A stretch of DNA of 64,000 bases from an uncultured Gemmatimonadales bacterium (GTDB lineage: Bacteria; Gemmatimonadota; Gemmatimonadetes; Gemmatimonadales; GWC2-71-9): positions 160,001-224,000 of the forward strand of contig CAWJIM010000024.1 of the NCBI GenBank assembly GCA_963842945.1. Reading direction: 5' to 3'. Position numbers and translations under genes: made by a program. Positions 53,293 to 63,262 of the stretch are shown one piece after another. The notes beneath the pieces were generated by a model. The model did no database searches and was not told the DNA's origin. It saw nothing but the letters and a program-made list of their open reading frames with translations. Position 1 is the stretch's first letter; each line of letters opens with the position of its first letter.

Positions 53293-54184
53293 TCAGCCCC
53301 GGATCTCTACGGCGGCCCGTTCTTCGATCCACCTGATCGCCTCGAGGTAATCAGCCTCCTCACCTAGAGCAGTCCGAGCCTCGTCCAGCAGCTTCCCCGA
53401 AGTGGCGATGATGGCCCCGGCAACACCGGTGTCCTTCAGAAGGTCGCGGGCGATGCCCACATCCTTGTCCAGCAAGGCCAATCGGAAGGTGCGGGGCCAG
53501 GCTCCGGTCAGGACCCGCTCGGGGACGAGCGATTCGCTCACGAAGGAACGTCCGCTGGAGGCGTTCAGGACCTCGACCGCGGTCCGCGGCGGGGACGCCC
53601 GCCTTTGACCAAAGCCGCCAGACCTTCTCCGACAGCGAGGAGGTTGACCGCCAGAAGCGCATTGTTGACCGCCTTCATGGCGTGCCGGTTCCAACGGGCC
53701 CCATGTGCTCGATACGCTGTCCGAACGCCTCCAGGACCGGGCGGGCTCGCCGGTAGGCGCTCTCGTCGGCCCCGACCATCACGGTAAGCGTTCCCGCCTC
53801 GGCGCCGTTGGTCCCGCCGCTCACCGGGGCATCGGCAAACGCAATGTCCTTCTCGGCCAGCCGCTGGGCGATTCGCCGAGAGCTGGCCGGATCACCCGAG
53901 GTACAGTCGAGCAACATGGCCCCGCGCTTCAGACCGGCCAGCAATCCGTCGGATCCATCCAGTAGCGCCTCGACTTCACGGGAGGTAGGAAGACAGGTAA
54001 CCACGACATCGGCATCCGTCGGCCGCTTGCCTGGGTGTGTTAGCTACCCGGGCGGCGGTAGCGACGGGCAAAGTCGAGCGGCTCGCGCGATTGTCCGATT
54101 GTAAACGGTGAGCTCGTGCCGTTGGGCCAGGTGCATCGCCACGGGCCAGCCGATGGCTCCAAGACCGACAAAGGTGACACGCAT
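53293..54184 (-). CDS. 3-hydroxyisobutyrate dehydrogenase-family NAD(P)-dependent oxidoreductase (frameshifted)
   Basis: FVGLGAIG, YNRT, DAPVSGG...AGTLTVMVG, MKAVNN, FRLALLDKD. Confidence 0.85.
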
Positions 54185-54256
54185 GCGGCAAATTAGCCGC
54201 CGGTGGATCATGCTGGCAGCCCTCGACAAAGAGTCGGGTGAGCGCGACGATTGTGC

Positions 54257-55034
54257 ATGGACGTCCGTTGGTCACGTGTGTTACTGGCCGGCGCTCGGGG
54301 CCTGCCTGGTGCTCTTCGTGGTGGGGCCGCTCCTTCGGCTGCTCCTGGAATCGTCGCCCCGGAGTCTGGCCGAGGCCATTCGAGATCCAGAGCTTCGCGC
54401 CTCGATCGCCCTGACGGTTTTCACCGCGACGGCCGCCACCGTGCTGGGCGCGCTGCTCGGCATTCCTCTGGCGTATCTCCTGGCTCGCCGCAGCTTTCCC
54501 GGACGCAGAATCGTTCAGGGAATCATCGATCTGCCAGTGGTGATCCCACATCCCGTCGCCGGCATAGCCCTGTTGCTGTTTCTGGGCCGCCGATCCACCG
54601 TCGGGGGCATCCTGTCACAAATGGGACTGGAGTTCGTCAGCCATGTCCCCGGCATCGTGGCGGCAATGCTGTTTGTCTCCGCGCCGATTCTGGTCAGCGG
54701 AGCGCGAGAGGCATTTCGCGGAGTCGATCCGCAGCTCGAACGGGTCGCTCGCACCCTGGGCGATACGGCCTGGGGAGCCTTCCGCCGGGTGACGCTGCCG
54801 CTTGCGGGAAGAGGGATTCTCGCCGGCTCCATTCTCGCCTGGGCCCGCAGCGTCAGCGAGTTCGGCTCGATCGTCATTCTGACGTACAACCCGAAAGTGG
54901 CGAGCATCTTCATCTTCGATCGATTCACCGCGTTCGGGCTGCCGGCAGCCGTGCCCGCCGCCGTGATCCTGCTGGTGGTGGCTCTGGCGGTGTTCCTCGT
55001 GGTCCGAGTGCTGCAGCCCGAGGAACCGGCGTGA
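54257..55034 (+). CDS. Molybdate/tungstate-type ABC transporter permease
   Basis: GIPLAYLLAR, IDLPVVIPHPVAGIALL, LERVARTLG, WARSVSEFG. Confidence 0.82.
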
Positions 55035-56094
55035 TCCGACTGGTAGATCTGCAGGTCAGAGTGGGAAGTTTCCACCTGCGGGATATCTCCCTGGAAGTGC
55101 CGAGCGGCGGGTACGCCCTGATCATCGGTCCCACCGGTTCGGGAAAAACCACGCTGCTGGAGGCCATTGCTGGACACGCCAGGCTTCTGGGCGGCAGGGT
55201 CTTCATGCACAATGACGACGTCACCGACCTGCCGCCGGAGCGGCGCGGACTGGGGTTCGTGTATCAGCAGTATCATCTGTTTCCCCACCTCACCGTGCGG
55301 AACAACATCGGCTACGGCCTCACCGGCCGGGGAGGACAGAACGGCGCCGGCAGCCGGGCGGAAGAGCTGGCGGCCCTGCTGGGAATCACGCCGCTGCTCG
55401 ACCGGCCGGTGCGGGGGCTCAGCGGCGGCGAGCAGCAACGAGTGGCGCTGGCCCGGGCGCTGGCCCCCAAGCCATCGATCCTGCTGCTGGATGAGCCGTT
55501 CGCCGCCGTCGATCCAGCCACCCGACAGGTGCTCCGCCGCGAGCTGCGCCAGCTGCACGAGCGGGAGGGCATTACCACGCTGCAGGTCACCCATGACTTC
55601 GACGAGGCGCTCCGGTTGGGAGATCTGGTGGCGGTGCTATCCGAGGGGAGGATTGCCCAGAGCGGCACTCCGGAGCAGGTGTTTCGATACCCTAACTCGG
55701 CATTCGTAGCGCGGTTTGTCGGCAGCGGAAACGTCATTGCAGGAACCGTCCAGCGGAACGACGCCGCGGAACAGGGAGTGCCCTTTCGCGGACGGTTTCA
55801 GGGCAGAAAATCTCAGCCTCGATGTCGTGGCCGAGCGCGAGGGGCCGGCGCATGCCGTGATCCGGCCGGAAGACATCGTGCTGAGCCTGACTCCGCACCC
55901 GGACTCGGCCCGCAATCACAAGGAGGCTGTGGTGGTTCGGCTGGAGCGGCTGGGGCCGGTTACCCTGGTTCACCTCGATGTGGGCCGGCCGCTGATCGCC
56001 TCGGTGACCACCGCGTCGTCCGACGAAATGGCGCCTGCACCCGGGGCTCAGGGTCATCATCGCCTTCAAAGCAACCGCCATTCTCCTGGTGTAA
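55031..56094 (+). CDS. Molybdate/tungstate-type ABC ATP-binding protein with TOBE domain (frameshifted)
   Basis: GPTGSGKTT, LSGGEQQRVALARAL, LLLDEPF, VTHD, IRPEDI...SARN...FKATAI. Confidence 0.85.
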
Positions 56095-56102
56095 GCTCCA
56101 GT

Positions 56103-57300
56103 ATGCCCGCCCGACTCCTCCACGTCGACCTCGATGCCTTCTTCGTCGAGGTCTGCCGCCAATACCATCCCGAGCTCCGCAGACATCGAGCTGCTGGTGG
56201 TGGGCGGACGCCGGGATCAGCGGGGGGTGGTTCAGTCGGCCTCGCACGCGGCCCGCCGGTTCGGCATTCACGCCGGAATGCCGATTGCCGAAGCCGTTCG
56301 ACTCTGCCCTCAGGCCACGTTCTTTCAGGGCTCATTCGTGCACTATCGCGATGCATCCCACGCGGTACGGGCTGTTCTGGAAGATTTCTCCCCCACCGTG
56401 GTGATGGCGTCGCTGGACGAGGCGTACCTCGATTTCGCCGGCACGGAACGCCAGTACCCCACATCGCTGCTCCCGGTGGCGGAGCAGGTCCGCGATACGG
56501 TCAAACAGCGAACCGGTCTCGACGCCAGCGTCGGCATCGGGCCCAACCGCATGATCGCCAAGATGGCATCAGACTACGCCAAGCCCCGCGGCCTGATGGA
56601 AGTGCGGGCCGGATGGGAGAAAGGTTTCCTGGCCGGGCTTCCCCTCTCCGCCCTTCCCGGCGTGGGGCCCAAGACGGCCGAGCGATGGGCCGTGCTGGGA
56701 CTGGTGAACGTGCACCAGATTCAGGAGATGACGGAGCGAGAGCTGGAGCAGCTCATCGGAGCCGATGCCCGATCTCTCAAGCTGCGGGCGAATGGCCGGG
56801 GTGGGACGGTGCTCCGGCCGGACCGGCTACCCAAATCCGTGAGCCGGGAGACCACGCTCTCGCGCGATCTGCGGGATCCGGAGGAGCTCGAACGAATTCT
56901 GGCGCTGCTGACCGCCCGGGTGGCCGCTCAGCTCCGGGACGAGCAGATCCTGGCGCGGTCGGTAACTCTCAAGCTCCGGCACGACGATTTTCGAACGGTA
57001 ACCCGCCGGCGGACCCTGGAAACGGGGACCGATCTGGACCCCGAGATCTACCGCGCCGCCAGGGAGCTCTTTCGCTCGGCGTTTGAGGATGTGCGGGAGC
57101 GGGACCGTGGAGTTCGGCTGATCGGCGTGGCGGCGACGAACCTGGGCACCGCTGCCGAGGAGGACCTGTTCGAGGCTCCCGAGCGGGTTCGGCTGCGGCA
57201 CCTCACCGAAGCGGTGGACAAGGTGCGCAACAAGTATGGATTCGACGCAGTGACTCCGGGGTCAATCGTCGACCTCAGGCGGAAGCGGCCGCGTCCCTAA
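56103..57300 (+). CDS. dinB: DNA polymerase IV (Y family; frameshift near 56180)
   Basis: LHVDLDAFF, SASHAARRFGIHAGMP, SLDEAYLD, AKMASDYAKPRG, KSVSRETT, RLIGV. Confidence 0.92.
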
Positions 57301-57301
57301 C

Positions 57302-57985
57302 TCAGCGAAAGTCCTTGGCCTCGAATCGAAGGCCGATGGTGCCGTTGGCCGCAGTCACTCGAGGTCCGAGATCCCGGAAAGTGGCGGTTCGGCCGGTGCT
57401 GTCCCGGGCCCGCACCGTGCTGTTCTGGTAGAGCCGGTAATACCCTATGAAGACCCGGCTGGCCCCGGGTCTGATGGCGCAACCACAATCAACGGCACCC
57501 TCCAATCCGGCGTTGGTGGTGATCCGGAGCAGCTCCTGACTGGCGTTGGTGATCAAGGGAGCGAAGTACGCGGTACCACTCTCCCGGATCGTCGCACTCC
57601 GCCGAATGACTCCCCGTTTTTCCCGAATAACTGCGGAGCCCCGCAATTCCTCTCCCATCGGACGCTGATTGGCGGAGAGCGGGCGGGCCAGATTCCACTG
57701 TACCACGACCGACCCGGACGGAAGCTCCACCGTTTGAGCCGTCCCCGGTGCGAGAGTGACTGGAGCGCGCTGAGCCACGGCCAGCCAGATGGGAGCGGCC
57801 AGCTCGTTGCTGAATACCAGCCTGCGTCGCCCGGCGAAGTACCACGCCGCCAATGCCCCAACAATCAGGACCACAATCGCCAGGGCCGGCGCGATCCTGG
57901 GAGGATGCCGTCTCGGCCGGGTTACCGGAGATTCGATGGTGGGACCGGTCACGTGGGCTCGCCGGAAAGGGGTTCGACGGTACAA
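57302..57985 (-). CDS. Hypothetical membrane-anchored protein
   Basis: Single TM (ALAIVVLIVGALAAWYF) followed by a beta-rich domain with CGC; start uncertain. Confidence 0.55.
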   Translation of the reverse strand: MYRRTPFRRAHVTGPTIESPVTRPRRHPPRIAPALAIVVLIVGALAAWYFAGRRRLVFSNELAAPIWLAVAQRAPVTLAPGTAQTVELPSGSVVVQWNLARPLSANQRPMGEELRGSAVIREKRGVIRRSATIRESGTAYFAPLITNASQELLRITTNAGLEGAVDCGCAIRPGASRVFIGYYRLYQNSTVRARDSTGRTATFRDLGPRVTAANGTIGLRFEAKDFR

Positions 57986-58142
57986 GGATAATGGTGAGCG
58001 CTACTTGGGGCATGGCCGCCATCATGCGAGAGCCTGTACGCCATTCTTTGCACATTCTCCAGAATTTCTGCCTTAGACTCCATAATAGTGCCATAACTTT
58101 GCAGAAGCGTCCGGCATTTTCTGCAAAAGATGCACAAATGGC

Positions 58143-58171
58143 TTGACACGGTGCCGGGGAGATTCTATACT
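58143..58171 (+). promoter_or_regulatory. Sigma70 promoter of the glnA operon
   Basis: TTGACA-17 nt-TATACT. Confidence 0.75.
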
Positions 58172-58211
58172 CAGGCCAGGTGAGCATCTCAGGCCCCTGA
58201 AACGAGACACC

Positions 58212-58304
58212 ATGTTCCGCCCGATCTTTCTCAATCCCAATCCTGGTGGTCAGCGAAACCGGAGCCTGCCTTCGGTCGAACCGCCTGGACCTTGGCCTGA
58301 GTAG
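58212..58304 (+). CDS. Putative 30-aa leader peptide (MFRPIFLNPNPGGQRNRSLPSVEPPGPWPE)
   Basis: Small ORF between the promoter and the leader terminator, with weak RBS GAGA. Confidence 0.35.
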   Translation: MFRPIFLNPNPGGQRNRSLPSVEPPGPWPE

Positions 58305-58318
58305 TCTCTGTGCCGGCT

Positions 58319-58363
58319 GATGCCCCCGCGTTCGACGAACCCGCGCGGGGGCATCGTCTTTTT
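58319..58363 (+). terminator. Intrinsic terminator in the glnA leader
   Basis: 12-bp perfect stem GATGCCCCCGCG/CGCGGGGGCATC followed by GTCTTTTT, about 40 nt before the glnA ATG. Confidence 0.75.
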
Positions 58364-58404
58364 AGGGAACCCGACAACACCTGACCCCCAACTCCGAGAG
58401 ATCC

Positions 58405-59868
58405 ATGGCCACGACGGTTCGACCCGCAGCTGACCCCCAACCCTCCACCACCAGCGACGTCCAGCAGGTGATGGAGCTGATCAAGGAGAAGAAAATCCAG
58501 GTGGTGGACGTGAAGTTCTGCGACCTGCCCGGTACCTGGCAGCACTTTTCGATCCCGGCGGCCACTCTGGACGAGGCGATGATCCGGGAGGGGTTGGGCT
58601 TCGACGGGTCTTCTATCCGTGGCTTTCAGGCCATCAACGAGAGCGACATGCTGCTGCTGCCCGACGTGTCGACCGCTTTCATCGATCCGGTCCTCACGGT
58701 GCCGACGCTCTCGCTGACCTGCAACATCTACGATCCGCTGACCCTCGAGCCGTATACTCGCGATCCCCGGTTCGTCGCGTTCAAGGCTGAGGAGCACCTC
58801 AAGACCACCGGCATCGCGACCACCTCTTATTGGGGACCCGAAGCCGAGTTCTTCATCTTCAACTCGGTGCGATTCGATCAGAACGCGCACGAGGGGTACT
58901 ACCACATCGACTCCGAGGAGGGCGTGTGGAACTCGGGCCGGAATGGGGTTCCGAACCTGGGTCACCGCCCCCGCCATAAAGAGGGATACTTCCCGGTTCC
59001 TCCGGTCGACCGGCTGCAGGATGTGCGCTCCAAGATCATGGTGGCGCTGATCGAGGCCGGAGTTCCGGTGGAAGTTCAGCACCATGAGGTGGCCTCCGCC
59101 GGGCAGGCGGAGATCGACTTCCGGTTTGGCACGCTGGTCAAGACGGCCGACCGGCTGCTGGTGTACAAGTACATCGTCAAGAATGTGTGCCACAGCCTGG
59201 GGCTCACGGCCACCTTCATGCCCAAACCGCTCTTCGGGGACAACGGCTCGGGAATGCACGTGCACCAGTCGCTGTGGAAAGCGGACAAACCGCTGTTCTA
59301 CGACGAGAATGGTTACGCGCTCCTCTCGGAGACAGCTCGGCACTATATCGGCGGTTTGATCGAGCACGCTCCCGCGCTGCTGGCGCTCTGCGCCCCGACC
59401 ACCAACAGCTATCGCCGGCTGGTTCCCGGATTCGAGGCGCCGGTCAATCTGATGTACTCCGCCCGCAATCGCTCGGCGATCTGCCGGATCCCTTGTTACT
59501 CCAGCAACCCCAAAGCGCGGCGGATCGAGTTTCGGGCACCCGATCCCACGGCCAACCCGTACCTGGCCTTCTCGGCTCTCCTCATGGCGGGTCTGGACGG
59601 GATCAAGCGCAGGCTGGAGCCGCCGGCACCGATCGATGAGGACCTGTACGAACTGCACGACGAGCGGAAGCAGACGATCAAGACGGTTCCCGGCTCGCTG
59701 GATGAGGCGGTGTCGGCGCTGGAGCGGGACCACATGTTCCTGCTCGAAGGCGACGTCTTCACACCCGATGTGATCGAAACCTGGATCGCAATGAAGCGGA
59801 GCAAAGACATCGCTCCGGTCAATCTGCGGCCACATCCGTACGAGTTTTTCCTGTATTACGACGCGTGA
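58405..59868 (+). CDS. glnA: Glutamine synthetase type I (adenylylatable GSI-beta)
   Basis: FDGSSIRGFQ.INESDM, HHEVA, TFMPKPLFGDNGSGMH, NSYRRLVPGFEAP, RIEFR, DEDLYEL. Confidence 0.97.
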   Translation: MATTVRPAADPQPSTTSDVQQVMELIKEKKIQVVDVKFCDLPGTWQHFSIPAATLDEAMIREGLGFDGSSIRGFQAINESDMLLLPDVSTAFIDPVLTVPTLSLTCNIYDPLTLEPYTRDPRFVAFKAEEHLKTTGIATTSYWGPEAEFFIFNSVRFDQNAHEGYYHIDSEEGVWNSGRNGVPNLGHRPRHKEGYFPVPPVDRLQDVRSKIMVALIEAGVPVEVQHHEVASAGQAEIDFRFGTLVKTADRLLVYKYIVKNVCHSLGLTATFMPKPLFGDNGSGMHVHQSLWKADKPLFYDENGYALLSETARHYIGGLIEHAPALLALCAPTTNSYRRLVPGFEAPVNLMYSARNRSAICRIPCYSSNPKARRIEFRAPDPTANPYLAFSALLMAGLDGIKRRLEPPAPIDEDLYELHDERKQTIKTVPGSLDEAVSALERDHMFLLEGDVFTPDVIETWIAMKRSKDIAPVNLRPHPYEFFLYYDA

Positions 59869-59925
59869 TGAGTCGCGATTCGGGACTCGCGACTCCAGGC
59901 TCCTGACTCGAGGCTCCGACTCTCA
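59869..59925. repeat. GACTC/GAGTC heptamer-like repeats in the glnA-amtB spacer
   Basis: GAGTCGCGA...TCGCGACTC hairpin plus GGCTCC/GACTC units; same family as 49196-49278. Confidence 0.55.
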
Positions 59926-59931
59926 CTAGAA

Positions 59932-61242
59932 ATGGATCATCACGTGCAATCCATCAATCCCGCCGACACCGCCTGGATGCTGGTCTCGACCGCGCTGGTG
60001 CTGCTCATGACCCCGGCACTCGCCTTTTTCTATGGAGGGCTGGTGCGGAACAAGAACTCGCTCAACACCATGATGATGAGCTTCGTGGCGCTGGGCGTCG
60101 TCGGGGTTACCTGGGCCATTGCGGCATACAGTCTTGCCTTCAGCGATGGAGGACCGTTCCTCGGCGGTCTCGCCAACCTCGGCCTGCGCGGCGTCGGCAC
60201 CGAGGCAAAGGGCACCATCCCCCACGTGCTGTTCATGGCTTACCAGGCCACCTTCGCCATCATCACCGCGGCGCTGATCTCGGGTGCCGTGGTCGAGCGC
60301 ATGCGGTTCGGTCCCTATGTCGCCTTCATCACCCTGTGGACCCTGCTGGTGTACGCCCCGGTCGCGCACTGGGTCTGGGGCGGCGGATGGCTCATGAGCC
60401 GCGGGGCGCTGGACTTTGCCGGCGGGACCGTAGTGCACATCAACGCCGGAGTTTCGGCCCTGGTGGCGGCACTGGTACTCGGCTCCCGGAAGGACTACGG
60501 ACGCACGGCGGTCCTCCCTCACAACGTGCCGTTTGTGCTGCTGGGTGCCGGCCTGCTCTGGTTCGGCTGGTTCGGATTCAACGGGGGGAGCGCGCTCGCG
60601 GCCAACGGGCTTGCAGCCCTCGCGTTCACCAACACGTTCCTGGCCCCCTCAGCCGCGCTCGTCGCTTGGACCCTATTGGACTACTTCCGCACCGGTAAGG
60701 CTACTGCCGTCGGTGGGGCGACTGGTATTGTGGTTGGCCTGGTGGCGGTCACGCCGGCCGCGGGATTCATCAGTCCGCTGAGCGCCCTGATTCTCGGCGC
60801 TGTGGCGGCGTTCCCCAGCTATTTCATGATCCAGCTCCGCTCCCGTACCCGGATCGACGATTCACTCGACGTCTTCGCCGGCCATGGCGTGGGCGGACTG
60901 ACCGGTGCCCTGCTGACCGGCGTGCTGGCCCAAAAACTCTGGAACCCCGCCGGCAGCGACGGTCTGTTGTTCGGAAACCCGCATCAGCTCGCCGTTCAAG
61001 CGCTCGCCTGTTTGAGCGCTGCTGCGTACGCCGGAATCATGACGTTCGCGATCCTGAAGCTGTTGGGTCTGGTCACCTCACTCCGCGCGGTGTCCCGAAT
61101 CGAGGGCGTGGGCATGGACCTGAGCCAGCACGGCGAAGAGGCCTACGCCAGCGGCGAAGGCTCGATCCTGGTGCACCCGGACGTGCTCGTGGCCGAAGAG
61201 CTCTCCGGGGTATTGGTCCCGGCCACGGCCTCAGCCCGATAG
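59932..61242 (+). CDS. amtB: Ammonium transporter
   Basis: DTAWML, LAFFYGGLVR, DFAGGTVVH, LWFGWFGFNGGS, DDSLDVF..HG. Confidence 0.96.
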   Translation: MDHHVQSINPADTAWMLVSTALVLLMTPALAFFYGGLVRNKNSLNTMMMSFVALGVVGVTWAIAAYSLAFSDGGPFLGGLANLGLRGVGTEAKGTIPHVLFMAYQATFAIITAALISGAVVERMRFGPYVAFITLWTLLVYAPVAHWVWGGGWLMSRGALDFAGGTVVHINAGVSALVAALVLGSRKDYGRTAVLPHNVPFVLLGAGLLWFGWFGFNGGSALAANGLAALAFTNTFLAPSAALVAWTLLDYFRTGKATAVGGATGIVVGLVAVTPAAGFISPLSALILGAVAAFPSYFMIQLRSRTRIDDSLDVFAGHGVGGLTGALLTGVLAQKLWNPAGSDGLLFGNPHQLAVQALACLSAAAYAGIMTFAILKLLGLVTSLRAVSRIEGVGMDLSQHGEEAYASGEGSILVHPDVLVAEELSGVLVPATASAR

Positions 61243-61254
61243 GAGATACCGTTC

Positions 61255-61623
61255 ATGAAACTGATTGTCGCCATCATCCGGCCCGACCGCTTGAACGAGG
61301 TGCTGGAGGCGCTCTATCGAAGCGAGGTGCGAGGGCTCACCGTCTCCCGAGTGCTGGGCCACGGCGGTGAGACCGAGCGGGTGGAGACCTACCGGGGCAC
61401 GACAGTCAAGGTGGACCTGCAGGAAAAGGTGCGCCTGGAGATCGGCGTCTCCGAGCCGTTCGTCCTGCCGACGGTGAATGCCATTCTCAAGAGCGCGAGG
61501 ACCGGTGAAGTCGGAGACGGAAAGGTCTTTGTGCTGGATGTTGCCCAGGTCTTCCGAATCAGGACCGGGGAAGAAAACGAGGCTGCGGTTACGCCCGCCG
61601 AACCGGTGGGGGCAGGCGGGTAA
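61255..61623 (+). CDS. glnK: P-II nitrogen regulatory protein
   Basis: MKLIVAIIRP, ETYRG, ARTGEVGDGKVFV; linked to amtB. Confidence 0.9.
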   Translation: MKLIVAIIRPDRLNEVLEALYRSEVRGLTVSRVLGHGGETERVETYRGTTVKVDLQEKVRLEIGVSEPFVLPTVNAILKSARTGEVGDGKVFVLDVAQVFRIRTGEENEAAVTPAEPVGAGG

Positions 61624-61792
61624 GGGAGCAGCCCGCAGTTAAAGTGTCACCCTGTCCCTATCCTCGTCTGGGTAGCCTCGACTCGGGGCGATATCTCGGT
61701 TGGAAATCACGGCTTCGGGGTGGAGATACACCTTCTTGCCCTGCCCCTACACGTGCTGCATCAAGATGCGGCCTAATGTTAGGCTGCGCCGC

Positions 61793-62338
61793 TCACCGAG
61801 CGGTTCCCTTGAAGGTCATCGCGCAGTGTCGCTCAAGTCGCACCGAGTCAGCCGAGCTCGGGCGTTGGACGAGTCGCCGGAAGCATGGTTCAACCTCACC
61901 CTCAGCAAAAATGCCTACCACCGAGGCGGTGTCCCGTCCGGTGTTCTCTACGCCGGTCCAGGTGGCCGCCGGGATGTAAACCAACGTGCCCGCCTCGGCG
62001 ACCACCCGGCGAGCTCCGAGAGTTATTGTGACCCGCCCTCGATGGAGGAACAACGCCTCTTCGTGCCGTTCGTGCCGGTGCAGCGGGATGGCGGTCCCGG
62101 GCGGCATCTCCTCCGTGGCGATGAAGAGCTCCTGAGAGCTCGTGAGGCTCGGTCCGATCTTAAGCAGCATGGTGCGGCCATCTCGAAACGGCGGCACCCG
62201 TTCCCCGTCCGTGGGCCGGAGGATAACACCCGTGTCGGAGCGAGCCGGGTCCAATGACTGGCCAAGCGCTGGCGAACTGCTTCCGGCAAGTACAAGGAGG
62301 AGAATTAAGCCTCCGCCGAGCCTCAAGTGCATCCACAT
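61793..62338 (-). CDS. Secreted cupin-domain protein (probable gene cassette)
   Basis: Signal peptide; PPGTAIPLHRHERHEEALFLHRG...AGTLVYIP; flanked by attC-like ends. Confidence 0.78.
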   Translation of the reverse strand: MWMHLRLGGGLILLLVLAGSSSPALGQSLDPARSDTGVILRPTDGERVPPFRDGRTMLLKIGPSLTSSQELFIATEEMPPGTAIPLHRHERHEEALFLHRGRVTITLGARRVVAEAGTLVYIPAATWTGVENTGRDTASVVGIFAEGEVEPCFRRLVQRPSSADSVRLERHCAMTFKGTAR

Positions 62339-62371
62339 GGTGGCCTCTCCAACTGCGATCTATGTGGCGCG

Positions 62372-62472
62372 GGCTAACGGACCGCGCATCAGCTGCGGCG
62401 ACGACTTGACTGCATCGTTTTCTAACGCTCCCTAGAACTGAAGCGCCCGCCAGCTACAGGGGCTCATTAGGC
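62372..62472 (-). mobile_element. attC-like integron recombination site
   Basis: Minus strand GCCTAAT-GAGCC-CCTGTAGCTGGCGGGCG ... CGCCGCAGCTGATGC-GCGGTCC-GTTAGCC: R''/L''/L'/R' layout, 101 bp, with a degenerate R''. Confidence 0.7.
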
Positions 62473-62688
62473 GGCGCCGTGACGCGGTGCCCGCGCTAGT
62501 TAATTTCACGTCTACGGCGTCCTGTCCCGGCCAATCTGATGCGGTTACCGAGTTCAATGGGTACCTGGCGGTGATCGCGTCCGGCGATGGGCCCTTCAGT
62601 GCTGATCTAACCGAGTTGAGTGCACGAAGGACGACGGCGTAATAGAGAGCAGCTGGAACTTCAGAAGGCCATGAAGCTGCATGCATGA

Positions 62689-63204
62689 TTAAGCTGTAGG
62701 CCTACTGAGACCGTTTTGGTTGCCCTCGACGGTAGGTCGGCCTAACACAAAGATCAGAAGGACGGCCCCACAAGTGATCGCGATGTCTGCAACGTTGAAG
62801 ATATAGAACCGTGTCGCTCCGACCCCGACGTCTATAAAGTCCACCACTCCACGCGCTGATCGCAGCCGATCAAGCACATTGCCCAGTGCGCCTCCGGTCA
62901 CTAGGGCCAGTCCGATTGCTGGTAGGCCGACGCCCGGCGATAGGCGCCGGTAGAGTAGGCCGAGCAGCAGCAACGCTGCTCCCGCCAGAATGGAGAAGCC
63001 CACCCGGGAGTAGGGTCCCAGCGACAGGCTCATCGCGGCTCCCGGATTGTAGCTCAGCGTAAACCGAAGGAACTCGCCCAGAACTGGATGCGGCAAGTGT
63101 GCCGGTGCAAGGGCTGCTTCGGCAACGCGCTTGGTGGCGCAGTCGGTCAGAAGAATGCCAAGCGCCAAGGGGAAAAAGTAGCGCGCCTTGCGCGTCCACT
63201 GCAT
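62689..63204 (-). CDS. lspA: Lipoprotein signal peptidase II
   Basis: NPGAAMS, GGALGNVLDR, VVDFID, FNVAD catalytic motifs. Confidence 0.88.
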   Translation of the reverse strand: MQWTRKARYFFPLALGILLTDCATKRVAEAALAPAHLPHPVLGEFLRFTLSYNPGAAMSLSLGPYSRVGFSILAGAALLLLGLLYRRLSPGVGLPAIGLALVTGGALGNVLDRLRSARGVVDFIDVGVGATRFYIFNVADIAITCGAVLLIFVLGRPTVEGNQNGLSRPTA

Positions 63205-63262
63205 TCTCAAACCCTCCGATGTTTGGGTGGCAATTGAGATGTCCGTGCGTCCGCCGTCCTCC

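Noticed and set aside
58030..58140. Sigma54 promoter or NtrC sites for glnA
   Set aside because: No GG-N10-GC element with convincing consensus; NtrC-like matches are only partial.
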